Translations under genes and position numbers: made by a program
Shown: piece after piece, positions 1-11,700 of the stretch
Numbering within the stretch: the stretch's first letter is position 1
How the letters are laid out: every line of letters begins with the position of its first letter
Notes under the pieces: model-generated
Database searches by the model: none
What the model was told of the DNA's origin: nothing
What the model saw: only the letters and a program-made list of their open reading frames with translations
Assembly (NCBI GenBank): GCA_050298595.1
Contig: JBNKUM010000048.1
Coordinates: 63,843 to 127,842, forward strand
Direction of reading: 5' to 3'
DNA: 64,000 nucleotides
Origin: Gammaproteobacteria bacterium
GTDB lineage: Bacteria > Pseudomonadota > Gammaproteobacteria > GCA-001735895

Positions 1-1907
1 TCATACTCCAAACGTGTGCGTTGCATGGGGATAGTCCAGGCTGTTGTAGCAGGGTCGCAGGGATACATTAGAAATACACGGTCGCAGTCGAATATCTCAA
101 GTACCTCATCCAGCACGTCGCGCAGCATGGTTTCGAGATCACCAGCGCCCTGGATGGCGCGGTTAACCCGGTCCATATTGACCAGAAACTCAGCATGCTG
201 CCTACGCTCCTGTTCAGCCTTTTTAAATTCGGTGATATCTCGCCCTTCTGGAATCAGTTGAATAACACGGCCTGTGGAATCGGTGATGGGTGAAAGGGAA
301 AAGTCGACATGGTGTATATTGCCATACCTGTCGGGATGGGTGACCTCGAAGCGCATAAACTCTCCGCCCGCTACCCGACGAATCGCATCCTTCAGTTGTT
401 GTTGCAGTTCAGTGGAATGACTCCACCAGGGTGTCTCCCAGAACGGTTTGCCGATGACCTCAGTCTCCTCGATTCCACTAAAATTCAGTGCGGTACGGTT
501 GACTTTAAGGACTATTCCATCCACTGATAACAGGCCAATAAACTGGAAGGTCTGGTCGATGATTGCCTGTAGCTTCTGTTCGCTGCTGCGCAGTTCCTCC
601 TGCATATGCATGTGTTCAGTCACGTCTCGTGAAAGAAGTAGAAATCGAGCTTCACTGCCAGGAACGTCGGATGGCTTTTTCGAAATGGATAACTCAAACC
701 AACGGGTACCTTCCGGCAGGTCGAGACTCAGGATATTACCGAACGACAGACCTTTCTTCTCCGCTTCGTAAATGGCCTTCATACTGACAGCAGCGGCTTC
801 GGCTGGGAGTACCTCATTGATAGTCTTACCGAGTAAGTCCTCTCGTGGTGCCGCCAGTAACTCTGGCTGCCACGTCCAGATGTTGAGGTATCTTCCTTCT
901 ATATCGACCTCGATCAGTATATCTGGTAATGCGTTAATCACCCCCTCAGTAAACGCCAACGCCTGCTTGAGTTGACGCTCAACCTCCTTGCGTTGGGTGA
1001 TGTCGAACAGGGAAACAACCACTCTGGACAGGCTCTCTTCATACCCGGGGCAAACGGTTACAGTTACGGTAACCTCAATCGTCACACCCGCAAGCGTTTT
1101 CACCACTGCATCGCTGCTCATCGTGGTATTGCCCTGCCACAGGTGGATCAGCTCCTGGCGAAATGAAGCTAACGATTCGGGTGTAAAGGTGTTAATCAGT
1201 CCCGCTAGTAGCTCTTCTTTGTTAGTGGCCCCATGTAACCGCAAAGCGGCATTGTTTACATCAATGACTCTGACCAGCTCTGCGCACTGCTGAACGATTT
1301 CTGGATGCTGCTCGAAGTGGGCTTCGATATCGGTCACGCCGTTATTGCGCAGATCATCTAAAAGCGTTTTTATCGCGGAAAAATCTTCCTCCCAGGTTGG
1401 CACCGGGGAGTTCTCGAAGATCTGGCGGTAGCTCGCTTCGTTTTCCTTCAACACGTTCAGGTTTTGGGCATTCTCGAGGGAAACCGCTGTCAGAGATGCG
1501 AGCATTTCTATAACCGAGCGCTGTTGCTGTGTGAAGCTGTTCCCTGTGAGGTCGTTTTCGAGGTAGATGACGCCTAAAGGCCCAGCCTTGCCTGAAAGCG
1601 GCAAGCACAGTAACGACTTTGGCTTTGTTTTCAGCAGGTGATCATCATTGGCAAAGTCACCAATATCCCTGTCCACTTCAGCCAGCAATACGCCACTGCC
1701 TGTTTGTTTTACATGCCTGGTAATTGTCTCGGCAATACCCGGGTAGGCAGGCGATGGCGCATGATGGATTTCAATCTCTCCCTGTGCTTCCGCCAGCGCA
1801 TATAACTCCAGATTGGGTTCTACTGACAGGTAGCCTTTTTGTGCGCCAGCATGCTCCATGGCATGACATAGAAATGTCTCCGCGACTATGTCCAATTGTT
1901 TGCTCAT
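1..1907 (-). CDS. GAF/multi-PAS sensor protein, 3' end outside the window
   Basis: Not in the ORF track because it has no stop in the window. Manual translation from the ATG at 1907 (ATGA overlap with the upstream stop) gives MSKQLDIVAETFLCHAMEHAGAQKGYL...SLLCLPLSGKAGPLGVIYLENDL (GAF), then YRQIFENSPVPTWEEDFS and further PAS-like segments. Confidence 0.8.
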   Translation of the reverse strand, partial: MSKQLDIVAETFLCHAMEHAGAQKGYLSVEPNLELYALAEAQGEIEIHHAPSPAYPGIAETITRHVKQTGSGVLLAEVDRDIGDFANDDHLLKTKPKSLLCLPLSGKAGPLGVIYLENDLTGNSFTQQQRSVIEMLASLTAVSLENAQNLNVLKENEASYRQIFENSPVPTWEEDFSAIKTLLDDLRNNGVTDIEAHFEQHPEIVQQCAELVRVIDVNNAALRLHGATNKEELLAGLINTFTPESLASFRQELIHLWQGNTTMSSDAVVKTLAGVTIEVTVTVTVCPGYEESLSRVVVSLFDITQRKEVERQLKQALAFTEGVINALPDILIEVDIEGRYLNIWTWQPELLAAPREDLLGKTINEVLPAEAAAVSMKAIYEAEKKGLSFGNILSLDLPEGTRWFELSISKKPSDVPGSEARFLLLSRDVTEHMHMQEELRSSEQKLQAIIDQTFQFIGLLSVDGIVLKVNRTALNFSGIEETEVIGKPFWETPWWSHSTELQQQLKDAIRRVAGGEFMRFEVTHPDRYGNIHHVDFSLSPITDSTGRVIQLIPEGRDITEFKKAEQERRQHAEFLVNMDRVNRAIQGAGDLETMLRDVLDEVLEIFDCDRVFLMYPCDPATTAWTIPMQRTRLEY

Positions 1908-2917
1908 CGCATATATAAGCTGATAAAAGCTAAAATCTGTTGCATATCAAATCCTTTGGCCAGTTTCTGTAGTTGCTGTGCAAACGGAATGTAAGCCTCA
2001 TTCTCTGCTTCCAGACGAGAAGCCAACTCCTGTATTTCATAAATTTGTCCTTCTTCGGCTAACTTGAATAACTCGCTCAACTGCTCGCTGGGCGGCGCAA
2101 CCAGGGGTGCTTCGCCTTCACTATCTACCTCAGCATATACCCATGTCAATCCCAGCTGTGCTGCCAGCCAGTCAAACAGGTTCTGTGCCTTGATCGGCTT
2201 CGGCAGAAACTCATCAAAGCCGGCTTCAAGGCTTTTGTCCCGATCTGATTTTGACACACTGGCCGAGACAGCGACAATAAACTTATCCTTTAACTCTGGC
2301 CTCTGGCGCATCTCCCGCACTGCATCAACGCCTGATTTCACTGGCATCACCAGATCCATAACGATGACATCTGGTTGCCACAGCAGGGCCTTATCTATCG
2401 CCTGCTGTCCATCTTCGGCCTCGTTCAGCCACCACAGGGTGTCGTTGGCCAGACTATTGGGGTTGTGTTCGTCGTGTTGATAGTATTTCCAGGTGTTGTG
2501 TACCGGGTCATATCGAACCAGTCTGGCACCATAGTTGCTGAACCACAGCGTGCCATCACGACCTTCGAGCATAGTGTAGTAGAAATGCGGTGTGCTTTTG
2601 CTGCCCTCGGCCTGGGGCATGAAGGTGGTCATCGTCATCCCATCATAGCGGTTAATGCCCTCGACGGTGGTCATCCAGATAAAACCCTGACGATCCTGCT
2701 GGACGTGGAATACCGAATTGTGTGACAGGCCATCATCGATAGTCAGATGCTGGAATACGGCCTGTTTTGATGGACTTTGTCGAACTGGATTAGAGTGATC
2801 AGGCTCTGCCGCTACAGTATTGCTATTGATAGTCGTACTGATTATGGTGAGGATAAGTGGAATCAGAACGATAACAGCCAGAGCTAATATCTTTTCTAAC
2901 AGGACTTTGATCTTCAT
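1904..2917 (-). CDS. Internally deleted hybrid sensor: two-component regulator propeller N-terminus fused to a truncated receiver domain
   Basis: Signal/TM, then FQHLTIDDGLSHNSV..QDRQGFIWM (Reg_prop repeats), joined directly to EAEDGQQA..PDVIVMDLVMP..FLPKP (receiver lacking its first strand and helix). Confidence 0.75.
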   Translation of the reverse strand: MKIKVLLEKILALAVIVLIPLILTIISTTINSNTVAAEPDHSNPVRQSPSKQAVFQHLTIDDGLSHNSVFHVQQDRQGFIWMTTVEGINRYDGMTMTTFMPQAEGSKSTPHFYYTMLEGRDGTLWFSNYGARLVRYDPVHNTWKYYQHDEHNPNSLANDTLWWLNEAEDGQQAIDKALLWQPDVIVMDLVMPVKSGVDAVREMRQRPELKDKFIVAVSASVSKSDRDKSLEAGFDEFLPKPIKAQNLFDWLAAQLGLTWVYAEVDSEGEAPLVAPPSEQLSELFKLAEEGQIYEIQELASRLEAENEAYIPFAQQLQKLAKGFDMQQILAFISLYMR

Positions 2918-3240
2918 TTGTGGTACCCAGATTCAGGTTAGTCGACCTTGATGGAATAAGTCTGCCTGACGCTCGAAATATCACTGCCACGATTGAATTA
3001 ATACTCAATAGATCGAGCAATCGCTCTGTTATTATTCAATTATAGAGGATTGTGGATGAATTCTTATATAAACCCTTCCATTGCCTGATCTTGGCCAATT
3101 TTTTCTAATCCCATGTTTACTCAAGTGATTTAACAACCATTCTTATACTTTACTAACTAGCTTTACTAACTAGAGTGAAAAGCAGTATTGCTGCGCACCC
3201 TCAATTGACCAGACTTATAATGAAGTCCAAAATCTATTAG

Positions 3241-4851
3241 ATGGAAACACTCTTATCATCCATTCCTCCCAGTGATCCTATCTGGCTTGCGATTGCCTTT
3301 ATATTCGGGTTTCTGGTTAAGTTAACAGGTTTACCTCCTCTAGTCGGGTTCCTGTTTGCTGGCTTTATACTCAATGGTCTGGGTGCTGAAGGTGGTGAGT
3401 TTCTAAGTTCAATAGCTGATCTTGGGATCACTCTTCTACTTTTTACCATAGGCCTTAAACTGCAGGTTAAATCCCTCGCCAGACCTGAAGTCTGGGGAGT
3501 GGCATCAATACATATGGCAGGAGTGACATTACTACTGTCAGGAATAGTTTTCCTGATAGCTCAATTTAATCTTTCTCTATTGAATGAGCTGGATTTCCAG
3601 GCTGCGTTACTTATTGGTTTCGTTTTGTCGTTTTCCAGTACTGTTTTTGCAATAAAAATACTCGATGAACTAGGTGCTACCTCTTCGGCGCATGGAAGGA
3701 TTTCGATTGGTGTGCTTGTAGTTCAGGATATTGTAGCCGTAATATTTCTAGCCGTATCTGTCGGTAAAATACCATCACTATGGGCAGTCGGCCTGCTCTT
3801 GCTTTTACCTGCCAGGCAGGTGTTGAGAAAAGCTCTGGATTACTCAGGACATGGAGAATTATTAGTTTTATTCGGTATTGTGCTTGCGTTAGGTGGCGCA
3901 GATATATTTGAACTGGTCGGAATGAAAGGTGATGTCGGCGCGCTTATTTTAGGCATGTTGTTGGCTAACCACCCTAAATCCAGTGAATTGTCCAAGGCAT
4001 TATTAAGCTTCAAGGATTTGTTTCTGGTTGGTTTTTTTCTCAGTGTCGGCATGACCGCTTTGCCTGGCTGGCAGGAATTCTGGGTAGCTCTGATATTCAT
4101 CGCTTTTCTACCCATTAAAACGGCTCTCTATTTTGGCCTGTTCAATGTTTTTTATCTTAGAGCCAGCACCTCGTGGCGGGCCTCATTAAATCTTGCAAAC
4201 TATAGTGAATTTGGACTCATCGTCGGGTCGTTAGCAACCGTATCTGGCTGGTTACCCAAAGAATGGTTAGCGGTTTTTGCTATAGTTTTATCTTTATCTT
4301 TCATTATCTCTTCACCACTGGTTTCAATACGTGATCATCTTTATAAACAATGGCGATCATCTTTTAAGCAGTTTGAACGTAAGACAAGACTCTCTGGTGA
4401 AGAAGACCTGGATTTAGCGCATATTGAAGTTGCTATTTTTGGTATGGGGCGTATGGGTAGTGCAGCCTATCAAGCCATTGAACTGGATTTTCATAATCGT
4501 TTACTTGGCGTTGAAATCGATGCTGACAAGGCCTTAAAACACCAGCAATTAAATCGTTATGTAGTGGCGGGAGATGCAACCAATCTCGACTTCTGGTCAA
4601 GAGCGCCACAGCTCATTGATGGTTTACAATGGGTGTTACTCACCTTGCCTACGCATAATGCGAATAAGGCAGCAGCATTACTGCTGCAGGATATGGGGTT
4701 TAAAGGAAAAATTGCAGCAACCTCAAAATATGATGACGAGGCTGAGGAGCTCAGTGCAATTGGTGTCGACTGTTCATTTAATATTTATGCCGAAGCAGGC
4801 AGCGGATATGCAAATGACCTGAAAAGTCGATTGAACCCCTTATCATTATAA
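3241..4851 (+). CDS. CPA2/Kef-type cation:proton antiporter with C-terminal TrkA-N domain
   Basis: Many TM helices, LLLFTIGLKL, SFSSTVFAIK, VVQDI, C-terminal GMGRMG and GDAT motifs. Confidence 0.9.
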   Translation: METLLSSIPPSDPIWLAIAFIFGFLVKLTGLPPLVGFLFAGFILNGLGAEGGEFLSSIADLGITLLLFTIGLKLQVKSLARPEVWGVASIHMAGVTLLLSGIVFLIAQFNLSLLNELDFQAALLIGFVLSFSSTVFAIKILDELGATSSAHGRISIGVLVVQDIVAVIFLAVSVGKIPSLWAVGLLLLLPARQVLRKALDYSGHGELLVLFGIVLALGGADIFELVGMKGDVGALILGMLLANHPKSSELSKALLSFKDLFLVGFFLSVGMTALPGWQEFWVALIFIAFLPIKTALYFGLFNVFYLRASTSWRASLNLANYSEFGLIVGSLATVSGWLPKEWLAVFAIVLSLSFIISSPLVSIRDHLYKQWRSSFKQFERKTRLSGEEDLDLAHIEVAIFGMGRMGSAAYQAIELDFHNRLLGVEIDADKALKHQQLNRYVVAGDATNLDFWSRAPQLIDGLQWVLLTLPTHNANKAAALLLQDMGFKGKIAATSKYDDEAEELSAIGVDCSFNIYAEAGSGYANDLKSRLNPLSL

Positions 4852-4964
4852 GAATAGAGACGGGTAAGATATTGCAGGGCAACTCTGTAGAGACAACACC
4901 CCTTTAGCTGTCATGGGGAGAATATCCGATGCTCAAGCCATAAAGAAACTATGATTTAAGGACT

Positions 4965-5714
4965 ATGCAACAGGTTAAAATTCGTTTTTATGAAGAGCTC
5001 AACGACTTCCTGCAAGCTGATCAACAAAAAACCGAATTCAGTTATGAGCTAAAGCAGACCCGGTCTATCAAAGACCTTATTGAGTCAATCGGAGTACCTC
5101 ACACAGAAGTAGACCTGATTATTGTGAATGGCGAATCCGTTGATTTTAATTACCAGATTCAAAACGATGATCATATCAGTGTATATCCAGTTTTTGAGTC
5201 GCTGGATATCTCCCACCTTAAACATTGTCAGCCAACCCCCTTACGCAACACACGCTTTGTACTTGACGTTCACCTCGGCAAGCTGGCGGCTTACCTTCGC
5301 ATGCTCGGTTTCGACACACTATACCGTAATGACTACGATGATCCGGAACTCGCCAGAATATCAATAGATGAACATCGCATACTGCTCAGCTACGACCGAC
5401 AGTTGCTGATGCGTAAACATATTACCCACGCATACTTTGTGCGCAGCCGATACCCCCAACAACAGGTATTAGAAATTCTGTCTCGCTTCGACCTGTACAA
5501 TAATCTAAAACCCTTCACCCGCTGTATGCAGTGCAATGGAAAAATCCAGCTAGTAAAAAAACGGGACATAGAAAGCAGACTGCAAGCTCAAACTAAAAAA
5601 CATTACGATGAATTCTTTCAGTGCAGACACTGTAATAAAATTTACTGGAAAGGCAGCCATTATCAAAAAATGAGCCGGATGATAAAGCAAATTGTCGAAC
5701 GAGATACTCCTTAA
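4965..5714 (+). CDS. Ub-Mut7C protein (ubiquitin-like domain, Mut7-C PIN RNase, Zn ribbon)
   Basis: RFYEELNDFL, IKDLIESIGVPHTEV, FVLDVHLGKLAAYLRMLGFDT, RCMQCNG, CRHCNKIYWKGSHY. Confidence 0.9.
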   Translation: MQQVKIRFYEELNDFLQADQQKTEFSYELKQTRSIKDLIESIGVPHTEVDLIIVNGESVDFNYQIQNDDHISVYPVFESLDISHLKHCQPTPLRNTRFVLDVHLGKLAAYLRMLGFDTLYRNDYDDPELARISIDEHRILLSYDRQLLMRKHITHAYFVRSRYPQQQVLEILSRFDLYNNLKPFTRCMQCNGKIQLVKKRDIESRLQAQTKKHYDEFFQCRHCNKIYWKGSHYQKMSRMIKQIVERDTP

Positions 5715-5837
5715 AGAAAGTCGAGATCAGTGTTTAAGGTAGCTTTGTAGGTAGCAATTTTGTACTTAATATTCTTCATGAGTAACGGCCACATATTCAT
5801 GTAAAATATCGGCTCCCAAAAACACTGGCTTCATCTC

Positions 5838-7889
5838 ATGCCCAAGAACACTGTCTATTCCGTCTGCCCCCATGATTGTCCCAGCGTGTGTGCGTTGGAA
5901 GTTGAAGTACTGGAAAATAATCGTATCGGCAAGGTAAATGGCTCAAAACAGCTGCCTTATACCGATGGCATTGTTTGCGGCAAGGTGGCTCGCTATAGCG
6001 AACGTATCCATCATCCTGAGCGCCTTTTATATCCCATGAAACGAGTCGGTGCGAAAGGCTCTGGTCAGTTCAAGCGCATTAGCTGGGATGAGGCGCTTGA
6101 TACGGTTGCCAGTGCTTTGTTAAAAGCAGAACAGGAACATGGTGCAGAATCAGTGTGGCCCTATTTTTATGGCGGTACCATGGGGTTGTTGATGCGTAAA
6201 GGCATTAATCGCCTGCGCCATGCAAAAGGTTATTCCAATATGGCAGGAACCATTTGCATTGCTTTATCCAACCCCGGCTGGCAGGCTGGTGCAGGTGGTT
6301 TTAATGGTGTAGATGCGCGTGAAATGGCGAAATCCGATGTCATCGTTATCTGGGGCACTAATGCTGTTTCGACTCAGGTACATGTGATGACTCATGCGCT
6401 GGAAGGCGTGCGTAATGGTGCCAAACTGGTTGTTATTGATCCTTACCGAACCAGGACCGCACAGCGTGCTGATATGCATCTGGCGGTGCGCCCCGGCACC
6501 GATGGTGCGCTTGCCTGTGCACTTATGCATATTCTGTTTCGTGATGGCTATGCTGATCGAGAATACCTGGCCCGTTACACCGATGCGCCGGATGAGCTAG
6601 AGCAGCACCTTAAGACTAAAACGCCTGAGTGGGCGGCTAACATTACGGGTCTATCTATTAAGCAGATAGAACAATTCGCGAGACTATACGGTAGTACCAA
6701 AAAATCTTATATCCGCCTGGGCTATGGGTTTTCCCGCTCGCGTAATGGTGCGGTGAATGTGCATGCTGTGTCGTGTTTACCGGCGCTGACTGGAGCCTGG
6801 TCTGTACAAGGTGGCGGAGCATTGTATTCCCTGAGTCCACTGGCACAGGTGAATATGCAATTGATCGAAGCCCCTGAGCTGAAACAGGCTGGCACACGTA
6901 CTCTGGACATGTCGCGTATAGGCGATATTTTAACCGGCGATAGTGACGCTCTGTGTGGCGGAGTTCCGGTCAAAGCCATGTTGATTCAAAATACCAACCC
7001 CGTCGTGGTTGCCCCTGAATCAGCCAAAGTCAAAGCCGGTTTTATGCGTGAGGATCTGTTTGTCTGTGTGCATGAGCAATTCATGACTGAGACAGCACGA
7101 ATGGCCGATATCGTATTACCGGCCACCATGTTTCTGGAGCATGATGATATCTATAGTCCAGGCGGTCATGCGGTACTACAGGTCGCTAAAAAAATAGTGC
7201 CTGCGCCAGGTGAATGCCGCTCCAACCATGAATTGATTTGTGCATTAGCTAAAAGACTGGGACTTAAACATCCCGGCTTTGAAATGTCCGCCTGGGATAT
7301 TCTGGATGAGTCCCTGCTTCGCTCTGGTTACCCTGATGCCGAGCAAATTCATCAACAACAGGGACTGGATGTTAGCACTTCATTTGAAGAGTCACACTTT
7401 CTCAATGGCTTCCTGCATGCGGACGGTAAGTTTCACTTTAAAGCCAACTGGGCTGCTTTAGGCTGCGTGGGACCTGGGATGCCATCATTTCCGGATCATT
7501 GGGCGGTGACAGATGAGACCTCAGAACACAGGCCCTACCGCTTAGTCACGGCACCTGCGCAAAATTTTCTCAACTCCAGTTTTAATGAGGCCCCATCTTC
7601 CCGCCAGAAAGAATCACAACCGAAAGCCATGATTCATGCAGACGTATTAAACAAAATAGGCGTACCAAATGGCGCTACGGTTCGTATTGGTAATGACAGG
7701 AATTCTATTTTAATCATAGCTGAGGCGGTGACAGGTCAGCATACAGATACCATTGTTGTAGAAGGGCTATGGTTAAACAGCGACTTTATTGAAGGCCTGG
7801 GCATCAATGCCCTGACCTCCTCTGAGCCTGGTTTTCCAGCAGGCGGTGCAGCTTTTCATGATACCAGTGTCTGGTTAAAGCCATCATAA
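5838..7889 (+). CDS. Cytoplasmic molybdopterin-dependent oxidoreductase (DMSO reductase superfamily)
   Basis: N-terminal CPHDCPSVC...CGK Fe-S motif, RISWDEALD, RPGTDGAL, ADIVLPAT, C-terminal molybdopterin dinucleotide-binding domain; no Tat signal. Confidence 0.88.
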   Translation: MPKNTVYSVCPHDCPSVCALEVEVLENNRIGKVNGSKQLPYTDGIVCGKVARYSERIHHPERLLYPMKRVGAKGSGQFKRISWDEALDTVASALLKAEQEHGAESVWPYFYGGTMGLLMRKGINRLRHAKGYSNMAGTICIALSNPGWQAGAGGFNGVDAREMAKSDVIVIWGTNAVSTQVHVMTHALEGVRNGAKLVVIDPYRTRTAQRADMHLAVRPGTDGALACALMHILFRDGYADREYLARYTDAPDELEQHLKTKTPEWAANITGLSIKQIEQFARLYGSTKKSYIRLGYGFSRSRNGAVNVHAVSCLPALTGAWSVQGGGALYSLSPLAQVNMQLIEAPELKQAGTRTLDMSRIGDILTGDSDALCGGVPVKAMLIQNTNPVVVAPESAKVKAGFMREDLFVCVHEQFMTETARMADIVLPATMFLEHDDIYSPGGHAVLQVAKKIVPAPGECRSNHELICALAKRLGLKHPGFEMSAWDILDESLLRSGYPDAEQIHQQQGLDVSTSFEESHFLNGFLHADGKFHFKANWAALGCVGPGMPSFPDHWAVTDETSEHRPYRLVTAPAQNFLNSSFNEAPSSRQKESQPKAMIHADVLNKIGVPNGATVRIGNDRNSILIIAEAVTGQHTDTIVVEGLWLNSDFIEGLGINALTSSEPGFPAGGAAFHDTSVWLKPS

Positions 7890-7909
7890 GTGCTTTAACC
7901 ATAATAAAT

Positions 7910-7937
7910 AAAACCATCTCATTTGAGATGGCTTTTG
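7910..7937. terminator. Probable intrinsic terminator between convergent units
   Basis: aaaaccatctc-attt-gagatggctttt hairpin with A/T tails just after the oxidoreductase stop. Confidence 0.6.
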
Positions 7938-8209
7938 AAAATAATTTTTTTGTCAGGCAAATTAATCAGGAATCTTTATGCTCAAGCTCTAATAAAGAAC
8001 CCCATACATCATCCTTAAAATCGCATCTATTGCTCGTTTGTCCTGGATGGACCCGATTGAGCACTGTAGTTGCCCAGAACAAAAGTAAATTAGTGGCATA
8101 CCTGCCACCATGAAAATCAACATTCATCAGCAATTTATTAATACCGGAATCCATGATTTCAGGACGAGTTTATAGCGTAACAAATTCAGGTCAAAACGAG
8201 AATATTCAG

Positions 8210-8761
8210 CTACTTTAACTGTGCTATCACCTGTTGAGCATCTGCAACCAGCGGGTGGTCTGGGTTTTCATCAACAAATTTCTGCATGCTTGCTTTTGCT
8301 TCTACCTTTTTACCTAATCCTGCATGACATAGTGCTTTAGCAAAAAGCGCATTTGGTACCAGAGAGCTGTTGCTGTATTGCTGAATAAATGATGCGAAGG
8401 CTTTTTGTGAATCGTCCAGTTCACCATTATCCATTAACTGTTGCGCTTTGGAGAATTTCTTCAACTCCTGCTGGAATTTTTCATCTTGCGATAAATCACC
8501 TTTCCAGTAGGGTTGAATCAAGGTTTCCGTTGCTTCAGCTCCACGAATTCCGGCGGTATAGACTGCGTTATGTTTCGCCTCGTAACGAGTTTGCGGATTG
8601 AAGGCTCGCAACTTTGACCACACATTCAGGAAAAAACCCTTGAACACACTGTGAGTTTCCGTCTGTGTAATGATTGTCTGTGGCGGGGTCTCGGTCTCTG
8701 CCCGGGGTAGCCCGCTATACAATATTGAAAGCGGGATCAGGATCATGAATATTGTTTTCAT
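8210..8761 (-). CDS. Secreted protein with C-terminal YbgF/BamD-like TPR
   Basis: Signal peptide, TAGIRGAE motif, FASFIQQYSNSSLVPNALF...FVDENPDHPLVADA TPR pattern. Confidence 0.75.
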   Translation of the reverse strand: MKTIFMILIPLSILYSGLPRAETETPPQTIITQTETHSVFKGFFLNVWSKLRAFNPQTRYEAKHNAVYTAGIRGAEATETLIQPYWKGDLSQDEKFQQELKKFSKAQQLMDNGELDDSQKAFASFIQQYSNSSLVPNALFAKALCHAGLGKKVEAKASMQKFVDENPDHPLVADAQQVIAQLK

Positions 8762-8773
8762 CGTGTTTTACCT

Positions 8774-11700
8774 TTACTGGTTTAACAATTTGCCGTAAGC
8801 CGAGTAGCTGGTTTTTAATTCTGGTTTTATTGCTACTGCATTGGCAAACAGGGTGGCAGCGGTTTTTACATCACCCTTGCGGTAATTCGCCATCGACAAA
8901 TTGAGTAAGATTCCGCCATCCTTATCATCAAGTTTTACTGCTTTCTGGTAACTCTCAATAGCTTTATCATATTTTTCGGACAATAGATAAAGATTGCCCA
9001 GGTTGCTATGCACGGCGCTATCATCCGGTGCCAGCTCAAGCAGGGCATCAAAGGCTAGCTGTGCATCATCGAACAATCCATATCGCGTATACAGTATGGC
9101 AATCTGTAAACGCGCTCTGATATCTTTAGGGTTATTAACTATCATGCTCTGGTAAGGCAGGATCACGCGATCGATGCTTTTATTGAGTAATTGATTTTGC
9201 GCAGTTTTGACCAGTGATGCAGTTCGTGCCTGTGGTGGTAAATCTATACTGTAATTTGCCTTGCTTAAGGTTACCGGCGGGTATTGCTGCCAGGCTTTTT
9301 TCAACTCGATTATGCCCAGCTTATTTTCAGATAGCGCTTTTTGATATTTGCGTGCTCCTTCTGCCCAGGCTTCATTAAAACTGGCACCGACCATAGTCGC
9401 TTCTACGGGTATCCAGACCTTGTCCTGGTTGATCGCCAGCAGGCTTCTATCACGGCTGATGAGTCCTGCATCTTCAGCGTCTAATCCCGTATTAAACATC
9501 ATCAATAAATGTCCCGGTACTTCCAGTAACACGGTTTCTATGCCCAGGTTTTCCAGACCCGCACTGAGTAGTACCGATAGATCATCACAGTCACCACTTT
9601 TTAATTTAAGGGTCTCTCGTGGAAACTGCACATAATCAACCTGGTCTTCACGTAAGCTGCTGTACGGTGTATTGGGGTCTACGATATATCGGGTACCGAT
9701 CGCGTTTATACTACTGAAGTAAGTCATAGCAGCTACCAGCTTGTCATTTAGTGGACCTGCTTTTGGCTGGTACTCGTTGATCACCGTTCTTACAAAGTTG
9801 CGCAGGGTGTCGTCTTTAGGTGTCACAAATGAACCGACCATCTGTGGATTGCCCCAGACCATCGCATTTTTACCATAGATCGTCATCGGCTGAGTCAGGC
9901 GGATAGAATCCTTCTGTCCATCACGCGAAAAGATAAGCTTTACCTCAACCTGTACGCCGGTATCTTCATCCACTTCAAGAATTTTATTATTAAAGGTGAC
10001 CCTGAAATCATACTGCTGGGTTTGTTTGCCTTTGATCAGTGGGATTTCCTGAGTCACCGGGAAGTCCATGTATTCCCTGATCTGAAACGAGAGTTGTAGA
10101 TTGCCGTACTCGGTAGTACTTACATTTTTCAACGTAACTGAACCGATAGGTTTATTTGCATACTGTTTATAGGCGGCAGAAAATACGTGCTGTAAATTCA
10201 GGTCGCTTAACTGTAACTGCGGTGCATTGCTCTTGAACTCCATGGATTTTTTCTTCTCGGCAAAAGCGCTATTTAACATTGCTCGATTATTGTCCGAAGG
10301 GTCGAGTGATACCGCTTTCTCAAAAGACTGAATAGCTTCGTCGAATAATCGGCGTTTGGTAAATAACTGGCCCATGGCGACATGGGGATCTGCCCAGGAT
10401 GGGTTGATGCCAGCAGCTTTCTCCAGATGCTCACGAGAGGCATCAAAAAGGTTGGCATTCTGATATACACGGCCGAGTTGATATTGTAACTGCGGTGAAG
10501 CGGGTTCAATACTGATTGCCGTCTTCAGGAATTCGATAGCCGATCCGACCTTACCCTGCCTGTCGGCTATATCGGCCTGCAGCGTCAATACTTCGATATC
10601 TCTGGGGGCTATGCGCGCAGCTCTTTCTGCATAGGTAGCGGCAGTCCGGTAATTGCGTGAAGAAAACAGACTGCGAGCATAGAGTTTATTCGCCGCCAAA
10701 GACTGTTTGTTTAGTCTCACCGCTACATCCAGATATTCATTGGCCTCGGGAAAATGTTCCTGTTCAAGCTCCAGCCTGCCCGCCATCTCAAACAGTTGAA
10801 ACGACTCTGGGTTAGCGCTCGCTCCCTTTTTCAGCGCGCTTACTGCCCGGGGTAACTGATTCAATTCAACATAGGCTCCAGCCAGAGTCAGCCATGCATC
10901 AATATTTTTTGGTGTGATCTTGCTGGCACGGGTTAAACGTAATATCGCTTCAGTATATTTTTGCTGCTTGACTGAAATCTTACCCAGTACATAGTAACCC
11001 TCACCCTGGGTTTTTTTCTGTGCAGATAATTTAACGGCTATGGCTTTTGCTTCATCATCACGATTTAGTTTTAACAGTGCATTGGCCTTTCCTACGGCGG
11101 CTTTGCCACTGCCTGGTTCGGCCTTACTGACATAGCTATAGTGGGTCAGAGCCTCTTTATATTGCTTTAACTGCATCAATTCATCAGCAATCAATAAGCG
11201 GGTAGTATTATCCTTCGGGTGATTTTTTATTACGGTCTGAAATTCAGGCAGAGCAGAGTCTGGAATGCCAGCGATCAGGTAGGCCTTACCCAGCAGGTAC
11301 CTTAAACGGGCGTGTTGTGGATGTAGTGCCAGGCCATCTTCAGCACAGGTAACTGCGCCGATGGCATCATTAATCTGAATACTGAGCTGGGTACAGATGA
11401 GATAGGGGTCAGCCTCTTTTGGCTGCGTGGCAAGAACCTGGTCTATCAGGGCCTTGGCATCCAGATATTGCTCCAGTTCAAAGTACGCCTGCACCTGTTT
11501 TCTGATGGCGATATTTTTATACTGTGGATACTTTTGAAGTTGTACAAAGCTGCTGATTGCGGCCTGTTGCTGGCCGGATGACAACTCGCTGTCTGCTTTT
11601 ATCAGCAGGGTATCGGCGTTATCCGGGGCAGTTTTTAATAACTGCTCTGCCAGTGCAATAGCCTTGTCGTATTGTTTGGCCTGATAGAGTTTATCCAGTT

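Noticed and set aside
7928-8154. Short ORFs between the oxidoreductase and the TPR gene
   Set aside because: No recognisable motif and overlapping on both strands; cannot be supported
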